Under the pieces are notes generated by a model. That model was not told where the DNA came from and searched no databases. It was given only the letters and a program-made list of their open reading frames with translations. The translations under genes and the position numbers were made by a program. From Lachnospiraceae bacterium (GTDB taxonomy: Bacteria > Bacillota > Clostridia > Lachnospirales > Lachnospiraceae), in NCBI GenBank assembly GCA_045543455.1, contig JAZQMK010000036.1:3849-67848 (forward strand): a stretch of DNA of 64,000 nt. The letters are read 5' to 3'. This document shows positions 1 through 8,757 of the stretch, one piece after another (position 1 is the stretch's first letter; every line of letters starts with the position of its first letter).

Positions 1-107
1 GTTGACGGTATTCCGATAACATCTGGAAATACAGAATCATAATCTTGAAAAAGTATTTGAATTAAGTGATTAATAGTAATATGTTGTCTGAGGTTATTTG
101 ACGGCAT
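1..107 (-). CDS. 5' end (35 codons) of a gene running off the left edge; function unknown
   Basis: Reverse strand reads AAAGGAG, 9 nt, ATG (107..105), then MPSNNLRQHITINHLIQILFQDYDSVFPDVIGIPS with no stop to the window edge. Too short to assign a family. Confidence 0.4.
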   Translation of the reverse strand, partial: MPSNNLRQHITINHLIQILFQDYDSVFPDVIGIPS

Positions 108-451
108 ATAATCAAACTCCTTTTATAAATATCATAATTATATTATATATTAAAATGGTTATATTGACAATGGGGCTCTATATGTAGCGATGGGCAAAGG
201 ATATTATTTATTGAAATTTGAAATAATTTTTTCAAAAAAACAAGTGAATGTTTCAGGGATATTTCATAATGAGTATGTTAAAATCAAATATGAAAGAAGG
301 TGATGGAGCAAAATTTTCTAAATATGTTACATTTATTGGTTCAATGGATGTAACAAGAACTATTATCTGATTGATAATATTATAATTATATCATGGGTTT
401 AACTAAGCCTATTGAATAATTAGTTATTAAATTATACAAGGAGGAATTAAT

Positions 452-3400
452 ATGAAGAATGCAAATTTAAAAAGTATTTTTTTTAGTGTTTTATTAACAA
501 TGATGAGTTTGTTGTTAATTGTTAATACCAATACGATCAATATCTTTGCATCAAATTATTCAAACGATTATCGTTATTGGGGACAAGGTGGTTCAGATGA
601 TGCAAATATGAGACAATATGGATGTTGGGTTGTAGCACAGTCGAAGTTGATATATGAGACTAACATAGATAGAAGTAATTCTTTTAACCCAGATTCATAT
701 TTGACTTGGCAGAAGGCAAATGGTTTTATTAATTCAAATTTTTTACAAATCAATGGTGCTAATGCTCCAGTAGCATATGCAAATCAAAAAGGTAAAACAC
801 TTAATTATTTGGGGTATTGGAATGCAAGTGATGAACAATTATGGATTAATATTGACAAAGGATATTACACTATTTTATATGTTGAGCCACCAGAAGGTGG
901 TACGCATTATGTTATGGTAGCTAATGAGTTATCATTGCAAAAAGGAGTATTATATTGTTATGACTCATTTTATACATCTGGAACAACTTCTCCACAACCA
1001 TTAACTAGATATAGTACACGTTATGGTGGATATGTTTATTCGGCAATAACACAACCTTCTGTTATCATCCCAACTAGCATATCTCTTAACAATATATCTG
1101 CAACATTGTTAAAAAAAGGTGCAACTACAACATTAATACCTACAGTATTACCATCAAATGCTACAGATAAGTCTGTATCATGGAAATCAAGTAATACTTC
1201 AGTGGCGACTGTAAGTCAATCAGGTGTAGTTACAGCTGTTGCAAATGGTACAGCTACAATTACAGCTACAACTAAATCAGGTGTAAAGACAGCAACTTGT
1301 AGCATTACGGTAAGAATACCATCAGAACCAGTGTTAATAGATGGTTGGTGGTATGCTGATGAAATACCACAAGAAGTACTAGATAATAGAGATAAATACG
1401 ATATTATGTATCAAAATATATATGAGGTTCAAGCAGCTACATCCCCTGGAACCGGTTGGTCTGATACTGGTATTGATGTTACTACATATGAAAAAAGTGG
1501 AGAACCATGGGAGTCAATATCTAATGTAACGACATCAGATACGGTAAAATTAATAAGCTCTTATTATTATCATTATTGTTATGAAGGCACAAAAACTGAT
1601 GTAGATAGTTGGATTCATGGTAATTATGTTCATGGTGATTATATATATGATACAAATGTAGTGTATGAGCATGCATCAGCACCAGATTTGGTAGATAGTA
1701 ATATTACATATTATCATTTAAAGTGGACTAGCAATGGAGCAGATGCATATTGTAATTCAAGCAGTCCATATATGTGTAAAGGAGAATGGGGAGGTCATGG
1801 TAATAGAAGTTATTATTACTATAAAATGAGCACCTATCAAAACTACACAAAAACAACTCTTAATGTATATAAGAAGATTGGAGATTGGTGTTATAAAATA
1901 GATGATTCAGCTGTAACTACGAAATATAGATATCATAAAATACCATTAGAGGTTAAGCTTGATAAAACAGATGTAACATTAAAAAGTATTGGTGCTACAG
2001 CAACATTAACAGCAACTGTTTTGCCCGAAGAAGTATATAACAAAAATGTAAAATGGTTTTCAAGTGATGAAACTGTAGCAACCGTAAGTCAAGATGGTGT
2101 AATAACAGCTGTTGGTAACGGTACAGCTACGATTACGGTGGCTACAGAAGAAGCTTATAGAACTGCAAAATGTACAGTTAATGTACAAGTACCAGTAGAA
2201 AAAGTAACATTAGATAGAACAAGTGTAACATTTTCAAAATTAGGTTCAACAACTTTAGTAGCGACCGTATCGCCAAACAATTCATATAATAAGTCAGTTA
2301 TATGGGAATCAGATAATCCTGATGTTGCAATTGTTAATCAGTCAGGACTCGTAACAGCGAAAGGTAACGGCCAAGCAACAATAACGGTCAAAACAGCAGA
2401 TGGAGCAAAGGTTGCAAAATGTACCGTTACAGTAAAAATAGCAGTAATTGGCGTGACATTAGACAGAACAAGTGTAACATTTTCAAAATTAGGTTCAACA
2501 ACTTTAGTAGAAACAGTATCGCCAAGCAATGCGTACAATAAAGCAGTTACATGGAAATCGAGTAATCCATCAGTGGCAACAGTGGACCAAAAAGGAGTCG
2601 TGACCTCAGTAGGAAATGGAACGACAACTATTACCGTGACAACTGTAGATGGTAATAAAGTTGCAGAATGTATAGTAACAGTGAAAGTAGCAGTAACTGG
2701 TGTTACATTAGATAGAGCAAGTGTAACATTTTCAAAATTAGGTTCAACAACTTTAGTATCAACAGTCGCACCGAACATTGCATATAATAAAGCAGTTACT
2801 TGGAAATCAAGTAATCCATCAGTAGCAATAGTGGACACAAAAGGAGTCGTGACCTCAGTAGGAAATGGAACAACAACTATTACTGTGACAACTGTAGATG
2901 GAAATAAAGTTGCAGAATGTACAATTACAGTAAAGATAATACCTATTCATATTGAAGTAAATAAAACAAGCGCAACGCTTTCAGGTAAAGGCAATACAAT
3001 GACATTAGTTGCAACAGTATCGCCAAACAATGCATACAATAAATCAGTTACATGGACATCAAGCAATACATCTATAGCAACAGTAAATTCAAGTGGTGTT
3101 GTCACAGCTGTTGGAAGTGGTACAGCAACAATAACAGCTACAACAGTTGATGGAAATAAAGTTGCAACCTGTACCGTAAAAGTTATAACAGAAGCTCTCA
3201 GCGTAAAACTTAACACAAGTACAACATCAATGTTCACAGGTGATACAATTAAACTTACAGCTACAGCTGCAGGCGGAGCAGGAGGCTATACATACAGTTT
3301 CTTTATGTACAATGAAGCTACAAAAGGTTGGTTTAGATTTAACGATTTTGCAAGTGCAACAACATATAGTTGGACATCAAATGCAAGTGGTAACAGAACC

Positions 3401-4585
3401 TTCTATGTAGAAGTAAAAGACAGTCAGGGAACAGTTGTTAGAAGTGAAGGAATTAAAGTAACTAATAAGAGCAACTTAGCAGTAAATTTATCAGTTAATG
3501 ATACAGAAGTATTAAGTGGACAGAATGTAAAACTCACAGCAAAAGCAAGTGGTGGAGTAGGCTCTTACACATACAGTTTCTTGATGTACAACGAGTCAAC
3601 TAAGAGCTGGTACAGATTTAACAGCTTCGCTAGTGCTAATACATATAACTGGACAGCAAATGGCCCAAAAACATTGTATGTTGAAGTAAAAGATGGTGAA
3701 GGAACAGTAGTTAGAAGTACAGGCGTTAAAGTAACAATTGAAGCCTTAAAGGTAACACTTAATGCTAATAAGACAAGTATGTATTCTGATGAAACTGTAA
3801 AACTTACAGCAACAGCTTCCGGTGGCACTGGTAAGTACACATACAGCTTCTTAATGTACAACGATGCAACAAAGAGCTATTATAGATTCAATAGCTTTGC
3901 AAGTGCAACAAGCTATAGTTGGACACCTTATGCTTCAGGTATACGTACTCTTTACGTAGAAGTAAAAGATAGTGAAGGAACAGTTGTAAGAAGTTCTGGC
4001 GTTAAGATAACTATATCAGAAGCATTATCAGTAAAATTAACAGCCAATGCCGGTAGCGTAGTAAAAGGTTCTAACTTAGGCTTTACAGCTACAGCATCAG
4101 GTGGAAGTGGAAAATACACATATAGCTTCTTAATGTACAATGAAAACACAAAGATGTGGTATAGATTTGCAAGCTTTGCAGATGCTAACAAGTTAAGCTG
4201 GATAGCAGGAACAACTGATACAAGAGTATTCTATGTAGAAGTAAAAGATAGTACAGGCAAAGTTGTAAGAAGTGAGGGTATCACAATAAAAGTATTAGCA
4301 AGTACAGATTTAAAAGCAACAGTAACAACAAGTGCATCTTCAGTAGCAGCAGGCCAAAGCGTTAAGCTTACAGCTTCTGCAACAGGTGGAGCAGGAAGTT
4401 ATACATACAGTTTCTTAATCTACAATCCAATAACAGGTAACTGGGGAAGATTAAATGACTTTAAGTCAGCAAATACATATAGCTGGACAGCTTCAGGAAG
4501 TGGAGAAAGACAGTTCTATGTAGATGTAAAAGATGCTAATGGAACAGTAGTAAGAAGTGCTGTTAAGGTAGTGATGGTTAAATAA
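452..4585 (+). CDS. Giant secreted multidomain protein: N-terminal papain-fold-like Cys/His domain, Tyr/Trp-rich domain, 6 Big_2 Ig-like domains, 5 Y_Y_Y-like repeats
   Basis: AAGGAGG SD upstream of the ATG. Signal peptide MKNANLKSIFFSVLLTMMSLLLIV..FAS. Cys/His/Asp pattern QYGCWVVAQ ... GGTHYVMV ... CYDS. Aromatic-rich segment at aa ~290-505. Six repeats of the Big_2 pattern (P.NA.NK.V.W.SSN..VATV...G.VTAVGNGTATITA). Five ~95-aa repeats GGxGxYTYSFLMYN..W[YF]RF..SWT..FYVEVKD..G.VVRS. No LPXTG or other recognisable anchor at the C-terminus. Confidence 0.85.
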   Translation: MKNANLKSIFFSVLLTMMSLLLIVNTNTINIFASNYSNDYRYWGQGGSDDANMRQYGCWVVAQSKLIYETNIDRSNSFNPDSYLTWQKANGFINSNFLQINGANAPVAYANQKGKTLNYLGYWNASDEQLWINIDKGYYTILYVEPPEGGTHYVMVANELSLQKGVLYCYDSFYTSGTTSPQPLTRYSTRYGGYVYSAITQPSVIIPTSISLNNISATLLKKGATTTLIPTVLPSNATDKSVSWKSSNTSVATVSQSGVVTAVANGTATITATTKSGVKTATCSITVRIPSEPVLIDGWWYADEIPQEVLDNRDKYDIMYQNIYEVQAATSPGTGWSDTGIDVTTYEKSGEPWESISNVTTSDTVKLISSYYYHYCYEGTKTDVDSWIHGNYVHGDYIYDTNVVYEHASAPDLVDSNITYYHLKWTSNGADAYCNSSSPYMCKGEWGGHGNRSYYYYKMSTYQNYTKTTLNVYKKIGDWCYKIDDSAVTTKYRYHKIPLEVKLDKTDVTLKSIGATATLTATVLPEEVYNKNVKWFSSDETVATVSQDGVITAVGNGTATITVATEEAYRTAKCTVNVQVPVEKVTLDRTSVTFSKLGSTTLVATVSPNNSYNKSVIWESDNPDVAIVNQSGLVTAKGNGQATITVKTADGAKVAKCTVTVKIAVIGVTLDRTSVTFSKLGSTTLVETVSPSNAYNKAVTWKSSNPSVATVDQKGVVTSVGNGTTTITVTTVDGNKVAECIVTVKVAVTGVTLDRASVTFSKLGSTTLVSTVAPNIAYNKAVTWKSSNPSVAIVDTKGVVTSVGNGTTTITVTTVDGNKVAECTITVKIIPIHIEVNKTSATLSGKGNTMTLVATVSPNNAYNKSVTWTSSNTSIATVNSSGVVTAVGSGTATITATTVDGNKVATCTVKVITEALSVKLNTSTTSMFTGDTIKLTATAAGGAGGYTYSFFMYNEATKGWFRFNDFASATTYSWTSNASGNRTFYVEVKDSQGTVVRSEGIKVTNKSNLAVNLSVNDTEVLSGQNVKLTAKASGGVGSYTYSFLMYNESTKSWYRFNSFASANTYNWTANGPKTLYVEVKDGEGTVVRSTGVKVTIEALKVTLNANKTSMYSDETVKLTATASGGTGKYTYSFLMYNDATKSYYRFNSFASATSYSWTPYASGIRTLYVEVKDSEGTVVRSSGVKITISEALSVKLTANAGSVVKGSNLGFTATASGGSGKYTYSFLMYNENTKMWYRFASFADANKLSWIAGTTDTRVFYVEVKDSTGKVVRSEGITIKVLASTDLKATVTTSASSVAAGQSVKLTASATGGAGSYTYSFLIYNPITGNWGRLNDFKSANTYSWTASGSGERQFYVDVKDANGTVVRSAVKVVMVK
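2203..2940 (+). repeat. Three tandem 246-bp (82-codon) Big_2-encoding units inside the 452..4585 gene
   Basis: gt[ag]acattaga[ct]aga[ag]caagtgtaacattttcaaaattaggttcaacaactttagta recurs at 2209, 2455 and 2701, an exact 246-nt period. The encoded units VTLDR[TA]SVTFSKLGSTTLV...TVTVK are nearly identical for copies 2 and 3. Confidence 0.85.
3055..4585 (+). repeat. Copy A of a ~1.53-kb near-identical direct repeat (last Big_2 plus five Y_Y_Y-like modules)
   Basis: Collinear with 7166..8696 at a constant +4111 nt offset (for example agttataacagaagc at 3181 vs 7292, and both stop codons). No indels noticed. I counted about two dozen aa substitutions by eye over ~470 aa. Confidence 0.85.
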
Positions 4586-4593
4586 AAAGATTA

Positions 4594-4628
4594 TTGCAGT
4601 AGCAAGTAGATTGCTACTGCAATTTTTT
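4594..4628 (+). terminator. Rho-independent terminator
   Basis: Perfect 12-bp stem ttgcagtagcaa / ttgctactgcaa, 5-nt loop, then TTTTTT. Confidence 0.85.
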
Positions 4629-4668
4629 ATCTAATATAAAGAAAATTATCAAGAATGATTAATACAAA

Positions 4669-4698
4669 TTGACGAAAAGTGATAAGCTATGATATAAT
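4669..4698 (+). promoter_or_regulatory. Sigma-70-type promoter candidate for the 4734 gene
   Basis: TTGACG (4669-4674), 18-nt spacer, TATAAT (4693-4698). Confidence 0.5.
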
Positions 4699-4733
4699 TT
4701 ATTTACAATATTTTATGTACGAGGTGAAGTAAT

Positions 4734-7700
4734 ATGGACAAAAAGAAACGAAGGATTAAACAAATGGGGAGAAAATTAGTTGCATTGATTTTAATTAGTG
4801 CAATGATTATTCCATTATTGTGTGTAACACAAAAGAAAGAAGAAGTAAAAGCTGCTGATTTGCCAACTGTAAATGAGGTGGAAGTAGCTAGAAGAATTAT
4901 GGAGTTAGCAAAAATATTGGAGATTAACGAGGGTAACTTTAATGAAGGAGCCGGAATTCAGTTTACAGTAAATGAGGGTGCGTGTGCATCAGGTCATGAG
5001 ACAAACAGTAATCCTGGATGTGATAATTGTAATAATTCAAATATTGTTCAATCTGCTAAGTTTAAAGAAAGATTTGGATATAATGTAAATCCAGGTCTAT
5101 TGACAAGACAATACTATCCAAGTGGTAACAAGGGAAGTCATATAGGCTGGACATGCCATGGTTTTGCGGCATTTGCTTTATGGTATATAGGAAAAGCAGA
5201 CCCTACTAGTAATGTATCGGCTCAATTAGTGGGAACAGCTGGCGCTGCTTTCACATATGATAATTTGGTTAAATTTGATATAAAGATAGGCGATGTAATA
5301 AGGGTTGATGATCATTCGATGATGTTTATCGGATTTGAAGGAACTACTAAAATAAAAGTATTAGATTGTAATTGGGTTAATTATAAAACAGAAGATATTG
5401 CCACTGTAAAGATTCATAGTAATAAAACTTTTACAGGTTCTGAAATGGCAATATCAAGAGTAACAAATTACGCTCCTGATGGCAGTTATGTTTATGATGG
5501 AAATGAAATTATAAACGAAGAGATAGTGTCAAGTCGAATTAAGGAATTAGCCAAGATATTAGAGGTTAATGACGGTAATTTTAATGCAGGTTCAGGAATT
5601 CAATTTACAGTAAATGAAGGTGCATGCTCATCAGGTCATGCAACAAACAGTAATCCAGGATGTGATAATTGTAATAATTCAAAAGTTGTTCAATCAGCAA
5701 AATTTAAAGAAAGATTTGGATATAATGTGGATCCTGGTTTGTTGACAAGACAATATTATCCGAGTGGTAACAAGGGAAGTCATATTGGATGGACATGTCA
5801 TGGCTTTGCTGCATTTGCTTTGTGGTATATTGGAAAAACAGAAACAACAGATAATATATCAGCAAGATTAATAGGAACTGCTGGAGCTGCATTTACCTAT
5901 GAAAATCTCGTGAAATTTGATATTAGAATAGGCGATGTAATCAGAGTAGACGGTCATTCTATGATGTTTATCGGATATGAAGGAACAACCGGAATAAAGG
6001 TCTTAGATTGCAATGCAGTAAATAGAGTTACTGCAGATATATCAACAGTAAAAATACGTACTAATAGTTTTTCAGGTAATGAAATGGCAATATCAAGAGT
6101 GATGAACTATTTCCCTGATGGTAGTAATGTTAATGATGGAGATACTACTACAAATGGAACTGTAAACGAAGCTATAGTTGCCAATAGAATTAAGGAATTA
6201 GCTGAAAAATTAGAGATTAATGAAGGTAATTTCAATAATGGTTGGGGAATTCAGTTTACAGTAAATGAAGGTGCATGTCCTTCAGGTCATGCGACTGGTG
6301 AAGTATGTGATAATTGTAAAAATTCAAATATTGTTCAATCTGCTAAATTTAAAGAGCGATTTGGATATAATGTAAACCCTAATTTATTGACGAGACAATA
6401 CTATCCAAGTGGTAACAAAGGAAGTCATATAGGTTGGACCTGTCATGGTTTTGCCGCATTCGCATTATGGTATATTGGAAAGTCAGATATAACTAGTGAT
6501 GTATCTGCAAACTTAGTAGGAACAGCAGGAGCAGAATATACATACGATAATCTAGTTAAGTTTGGTATAAAAATAGGCGATGTAATAAGAGTAGATGGAC
6601 ATTCAATGATGTTTATTGGATACGAAGGAACAACAGGAATAAAAGTATTAGATTGTAATGCTGTTAATTATGTTCCAGCAGATATAGCAACTGTAAGAAT
6701 TCGTACAACGTTATTTGAAGAATTTAAAGGTTCAAAAATGGCAATATCAAGAGTAACTAATTATGTTCCAGATGGAAGTTCTGTTGATATACCAGTTAAT
6801 GTGTCAGGAGTAACATTAGATAAAACAAGTGTAACATTAACAAGTGCAGGAGCAACAACAACATTAGTTGCTACGATTACACCAACAAATGCATCAAATA
6901 AGAATGTAACATGGAAGTCAAGTAATGCATCCGTAGCAACAGTAAGTTCAACAGGTGTTGTAACAGCAGTAGGAAATGGTACCGCAACAATCACAGCTAC
7001 AACAGCAGACGGAAGCAAGACAGCTACATGTACAGTAACAGTAAAGATACCTGTAACAGGAGTTACATTAAATAAGACAAGTGTAACTTTAACAAGTAAA
7101 GGGGCAACAACAACTTTAACAGCAACAGTAGCACCAAGTAATGCGGCTAATAAGGATGTAACATGGAAATCAAGCAATACATCCGTAGCAACAGTAAGGT
7201 CAACAGGTGTTGTCACGGCAGTTGGTAACGGTACAGCAACAATAACAGCTACAACAGTTGATGGAAATAAAGTTGCAACATGTACAGTAAAAGTTATAAC
7301 AGAAGCGTTAAGCGTAAAACTTAACACAAGTACAACATCTATGTACACAGGTGACACAATTAAACTTACAGCTACGGCATCAGGCGGAGCAGGTGGATAT
7401 ACATATAGTTTCCTTATGTACAATGAAGCAACTAAAGGTTGGTTTAGATTTAACGATTTCACAAGCGCAACAACATATAGTTGGACATCAAATGCAAGTG
7501 GTAACAGAACTTTCTATGTAGAAGTAAAAGATAGTCAAGGTACTATTGTTAGAAGTGAAGGTGTAACAGTTACTAATAAGAGCAACTTAGCAGTAAACTT
7601 ATCAGTTAATGATACAGAAGTATTAAGTGGTCAAACTGTAAAGCTCACAGCAAAAGCAAGTGGTGGTGTAGGCTCTTATACATACAGTTTCTTAATGTAC

Positions 7701-8696
7701 AACGAAGCAACAAAGAGCTGGTACAGATTTAACAGCTTCGCTAGTGCTAACACATATAACTGGACAGCAAATGGCCAAAAAACATTGTATGTTGAAGTAA
7801 AAGACAGCGAAGGAACAGTAGTTAGAAGTACAGGTGTTAAAGTAACAATTGAAGCCTTAAAAGTAACACTTAATGCTAATAAGACAAGTATGTACTCAGA
7901 TGAAACAGTAAAACTTACAGCTACAGCTTCAGGTGGAAGTGGCTCTTACACATATAGCTTCTTAATGTATAATGATGCAACAAAGAGTTATTACAGATTT
8001 AATAGCTTTGCAAGTGCAACAATCTATAGTTGGACACCTAATGCTTCAGGTACACGTACTCTTTATGTAGAAGTAAAAGATAGTGAAGGTACAGTTGTAA
8101 GAAGTGCAGGCGTTAAGATTAATATATCAGAAGCATTATCAGTAAAATTAACAGCCAATGCTGGCAGCGTAGTAAAAGGTTCTAACTTAGGCTTTACAGC
8201 TACAGCATCAGGTGGAAGTGGTAAATACACATATAGCTTCTTAATGTACAATGAAAACACAAAGATGTGGTATAGATTTGCAAGCTTCGCGGATGCTAAT
8301 AAGTTAAGCTGGATAGCAGGAACAACTGATACAAGAGTATTCTATGTAGAAGCAAAGGATAGTACAGGCAAAGTTGTAAGAAGTGAAGGTATTACAATAA
8401 AAGTATTAGCAAGTACAGATTTAAAAGCAACAGTAACAACAAGCACATCTTCAGTAGTAGCAGGCCAAAGCGTTAAGCTTACAGCTTCTGCAACAGGTGG
8501 AGCAGGAAGTTATACATACAGTTTCTTAATCTATAACCCTACAACAGGTAACTGGGGCAGATTAAATGACTTTAAGTCAACAAATACATATAGCTGGACA
8601 GCTTCAGGAAGTGGTGAAAGACAGTTCTATGTAGATGTAAAAGATGCTAATGGAACAGTTGTTAGAAGTGCGGTTAAAGTAGTGACAATTAAATAA
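4734..8696 (+). CDS. Giant secreted protein: three tandem papain-fold (NlpC/P60- or transglutaminase-like) Cys-His domains with a Cys-rich insert, 2 Big_2 domains, 5 Y_Y_Y-like repeats
   Basis: GAGGTG SD 7 nt before the ATG. Signal peptide ..LVALILISAMIIPLLCVTQ..VKA/AD. Three ~215-aa repeats each contain GAC.SGH.T....CDNC.NS, IGWTCHGFAAFALWYIGK, GDVIRVD[DG]HSMMFIG and KVLDCN. These are followed by two Big_2 repeats and five YTYSFLMYN..FYVEVKD repeats. Confidence 0.85.
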   Translation: MDKKKRRIKQMGRKLVALILISAMIIPLLCVTQKKEEVKAADLPTVNEVEVARRIMELAKILEINEGNFNEGAGIQFTVNEGACASGHETNSNPGCDNCNNSNIVQSAKFKERFGYNVNPGLLTRQYYPSGNKGSHIGWTCHGFAAFALWYIGKADPTSNVSAQLVGTAGAAFTYDNLVKFDIKIGDVIRVDDHSMMFIGFEGTTKIKVLDCNWVNYKTEDIATVKIHSNKTFTGSEMAISRVTNYAPDGSYVYDGNEIINEEIVSSRIKELAKILEVNDGNFNAGSGIQFTVNEGACSSGHATNSNPGCDNCNNSKVVQSAKFKERFGYNVDPGLLTRQYYPSGNKGSHIGWTCHGFAAFALWYIGKTETTDNISARLIGTAGAAFTYENLVKFDIRIGDVIRVDGHSMMFIGYEGTTGIKVLDCNAVNRVTADISTVKIRTNSFSGNEMAISRVMNYFPDGSNVNDGDTTTNGTVNEAIVANRIKELAEKLEINEGNFNNGWGIQFTVNEGACPSGHATGEVCDNCKNSNIVQSAKFKERFGYNVNPNLLTRQYYPSGNKGSHIGWTCHGFAAFALWYIGKSDITSDVSANLVGTAGAEYTYDNLVKFGIKIGDVIRVDGHSMMFIGYEGTTGIKVLDCNAVNYVPADIATVRIRTTLFEEFKGSKMAISRVTNYVPDGSSVDIPVNVSGVTLDKTSVTLTSAGATTTLVATITPTNASNKNVTWKSSNASVATVSSTGVVTAVGNGTATITATTADGSKTATCTVTVKIPVTGVTLNKTSVTLTSKGATTTLTATVAPSNAANKDVTWKSSNTSVATVRSTGVVTAVGNGTATITATTVDGNKVATCTVKVITEALSVKLNTSTTSMYTGDTIKLTATASGGAGGYTYSFLMYNEATKGWFRFNDFTSATTYSWTSNASGNRTFYVEVKDSQGTIVRSEGVTVTNKSNLAVNLSVNDTEVLSGQTVKLTAKASGGVGSYTYSFLMYNEATKSWYRFNSFASANTYNWTANGQKTLYVEVKDSEGTVVRSTGVKVTIEALKVTLNANKTSMYSDETVKLTATASGGSGSYTYSFLMYNDATKSYYRFNSFASATIYSWTPNASGTRTLYVEVKDSEGTVVRSAGVKINISEALSVKLTANAGSVVKGSNLGFTATASGGSGKYTYSFLMYNENTKMWYRFASFADANKLSWIAGTTDTRVFYVEAKDSTGKVVRSEGITIKVLASTDLKATVTTSTSSVVAGQSVKLTASATGGAGSYTYSFLIYNPTTGNWGRLNDFKSTNTYSWTASGSGERQFYVDVKDANGTVVRSAVKVVTIK
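4857..6790 (+). repeat. Three tandem ~645-bp coding repeats (catalytic-domain triplication)
   Basis: ggaattca[ga]tttacagtaaatga[ga]ggtg recurs at 4953, 5595 and 6246 (periods 642 and 651 nt). The encoded domains are highly similar but not identical; the third lacks the NSNPG segment. Confidence 0.8.
7166..8696 (+). repeat. Copy B of the ~1.53-kb near-identical direct repeat
   Basis: See copy A (3055..4585). Constant 4111-nt offset through to the stop codon. Confidence 0.85.
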
Positions 8697-8715
8697 TAGT
8701 TTTTAAAATAAAATA

Positions 8716-8757
8716 GACCTTCTATGTTGTTAATATAATACATAGAAGGTCATTTTA
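8716..8757 (+). terminator. Rho-independent terminator
   Basis: 11-bp stem gaccttctatg / catagaaggtc with a 14-nt loop, followed by a weak ATTTTA tail. Confidence 0.65.

Noticed and set aside
270-371. 33-codon ORF (MSMLKSNMKEGDGAKFSKYVTFIGSMDVTRTII) upstream of the first giant gene.
   Set aside because: No SD and no recognisable motif. It is indistinguishable from chance in AT-rich DNA.
2338-8260. Long antisense ORFs inside the giant repeat genes (2338..2838, 2947..3237, 3565..3861, 3952..4191, 5704..5892, 6761..7462, 8063..8260; likewise 19695..20204).
   Set aside because: They lie entirely within strongly supported sense-strand genes. They arise from the biased, repetitive codon content (ACA, GTA and GCA runs lack stop codons on the opposite strand). 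They have no SD and encode low-complexity V/T/A/L strings.
2203-8696. Regularly spaced repeats that could at first glance suggest a CRISPR-like or satellite array.
   Set aside because: The periods are 246, ~285 and ~645 nt. All are in frame and encode protein domains (Big_2, Y_Y_Y-like, catalytic domain). There are no short direct repeats with unique spacers anywhere in the window.
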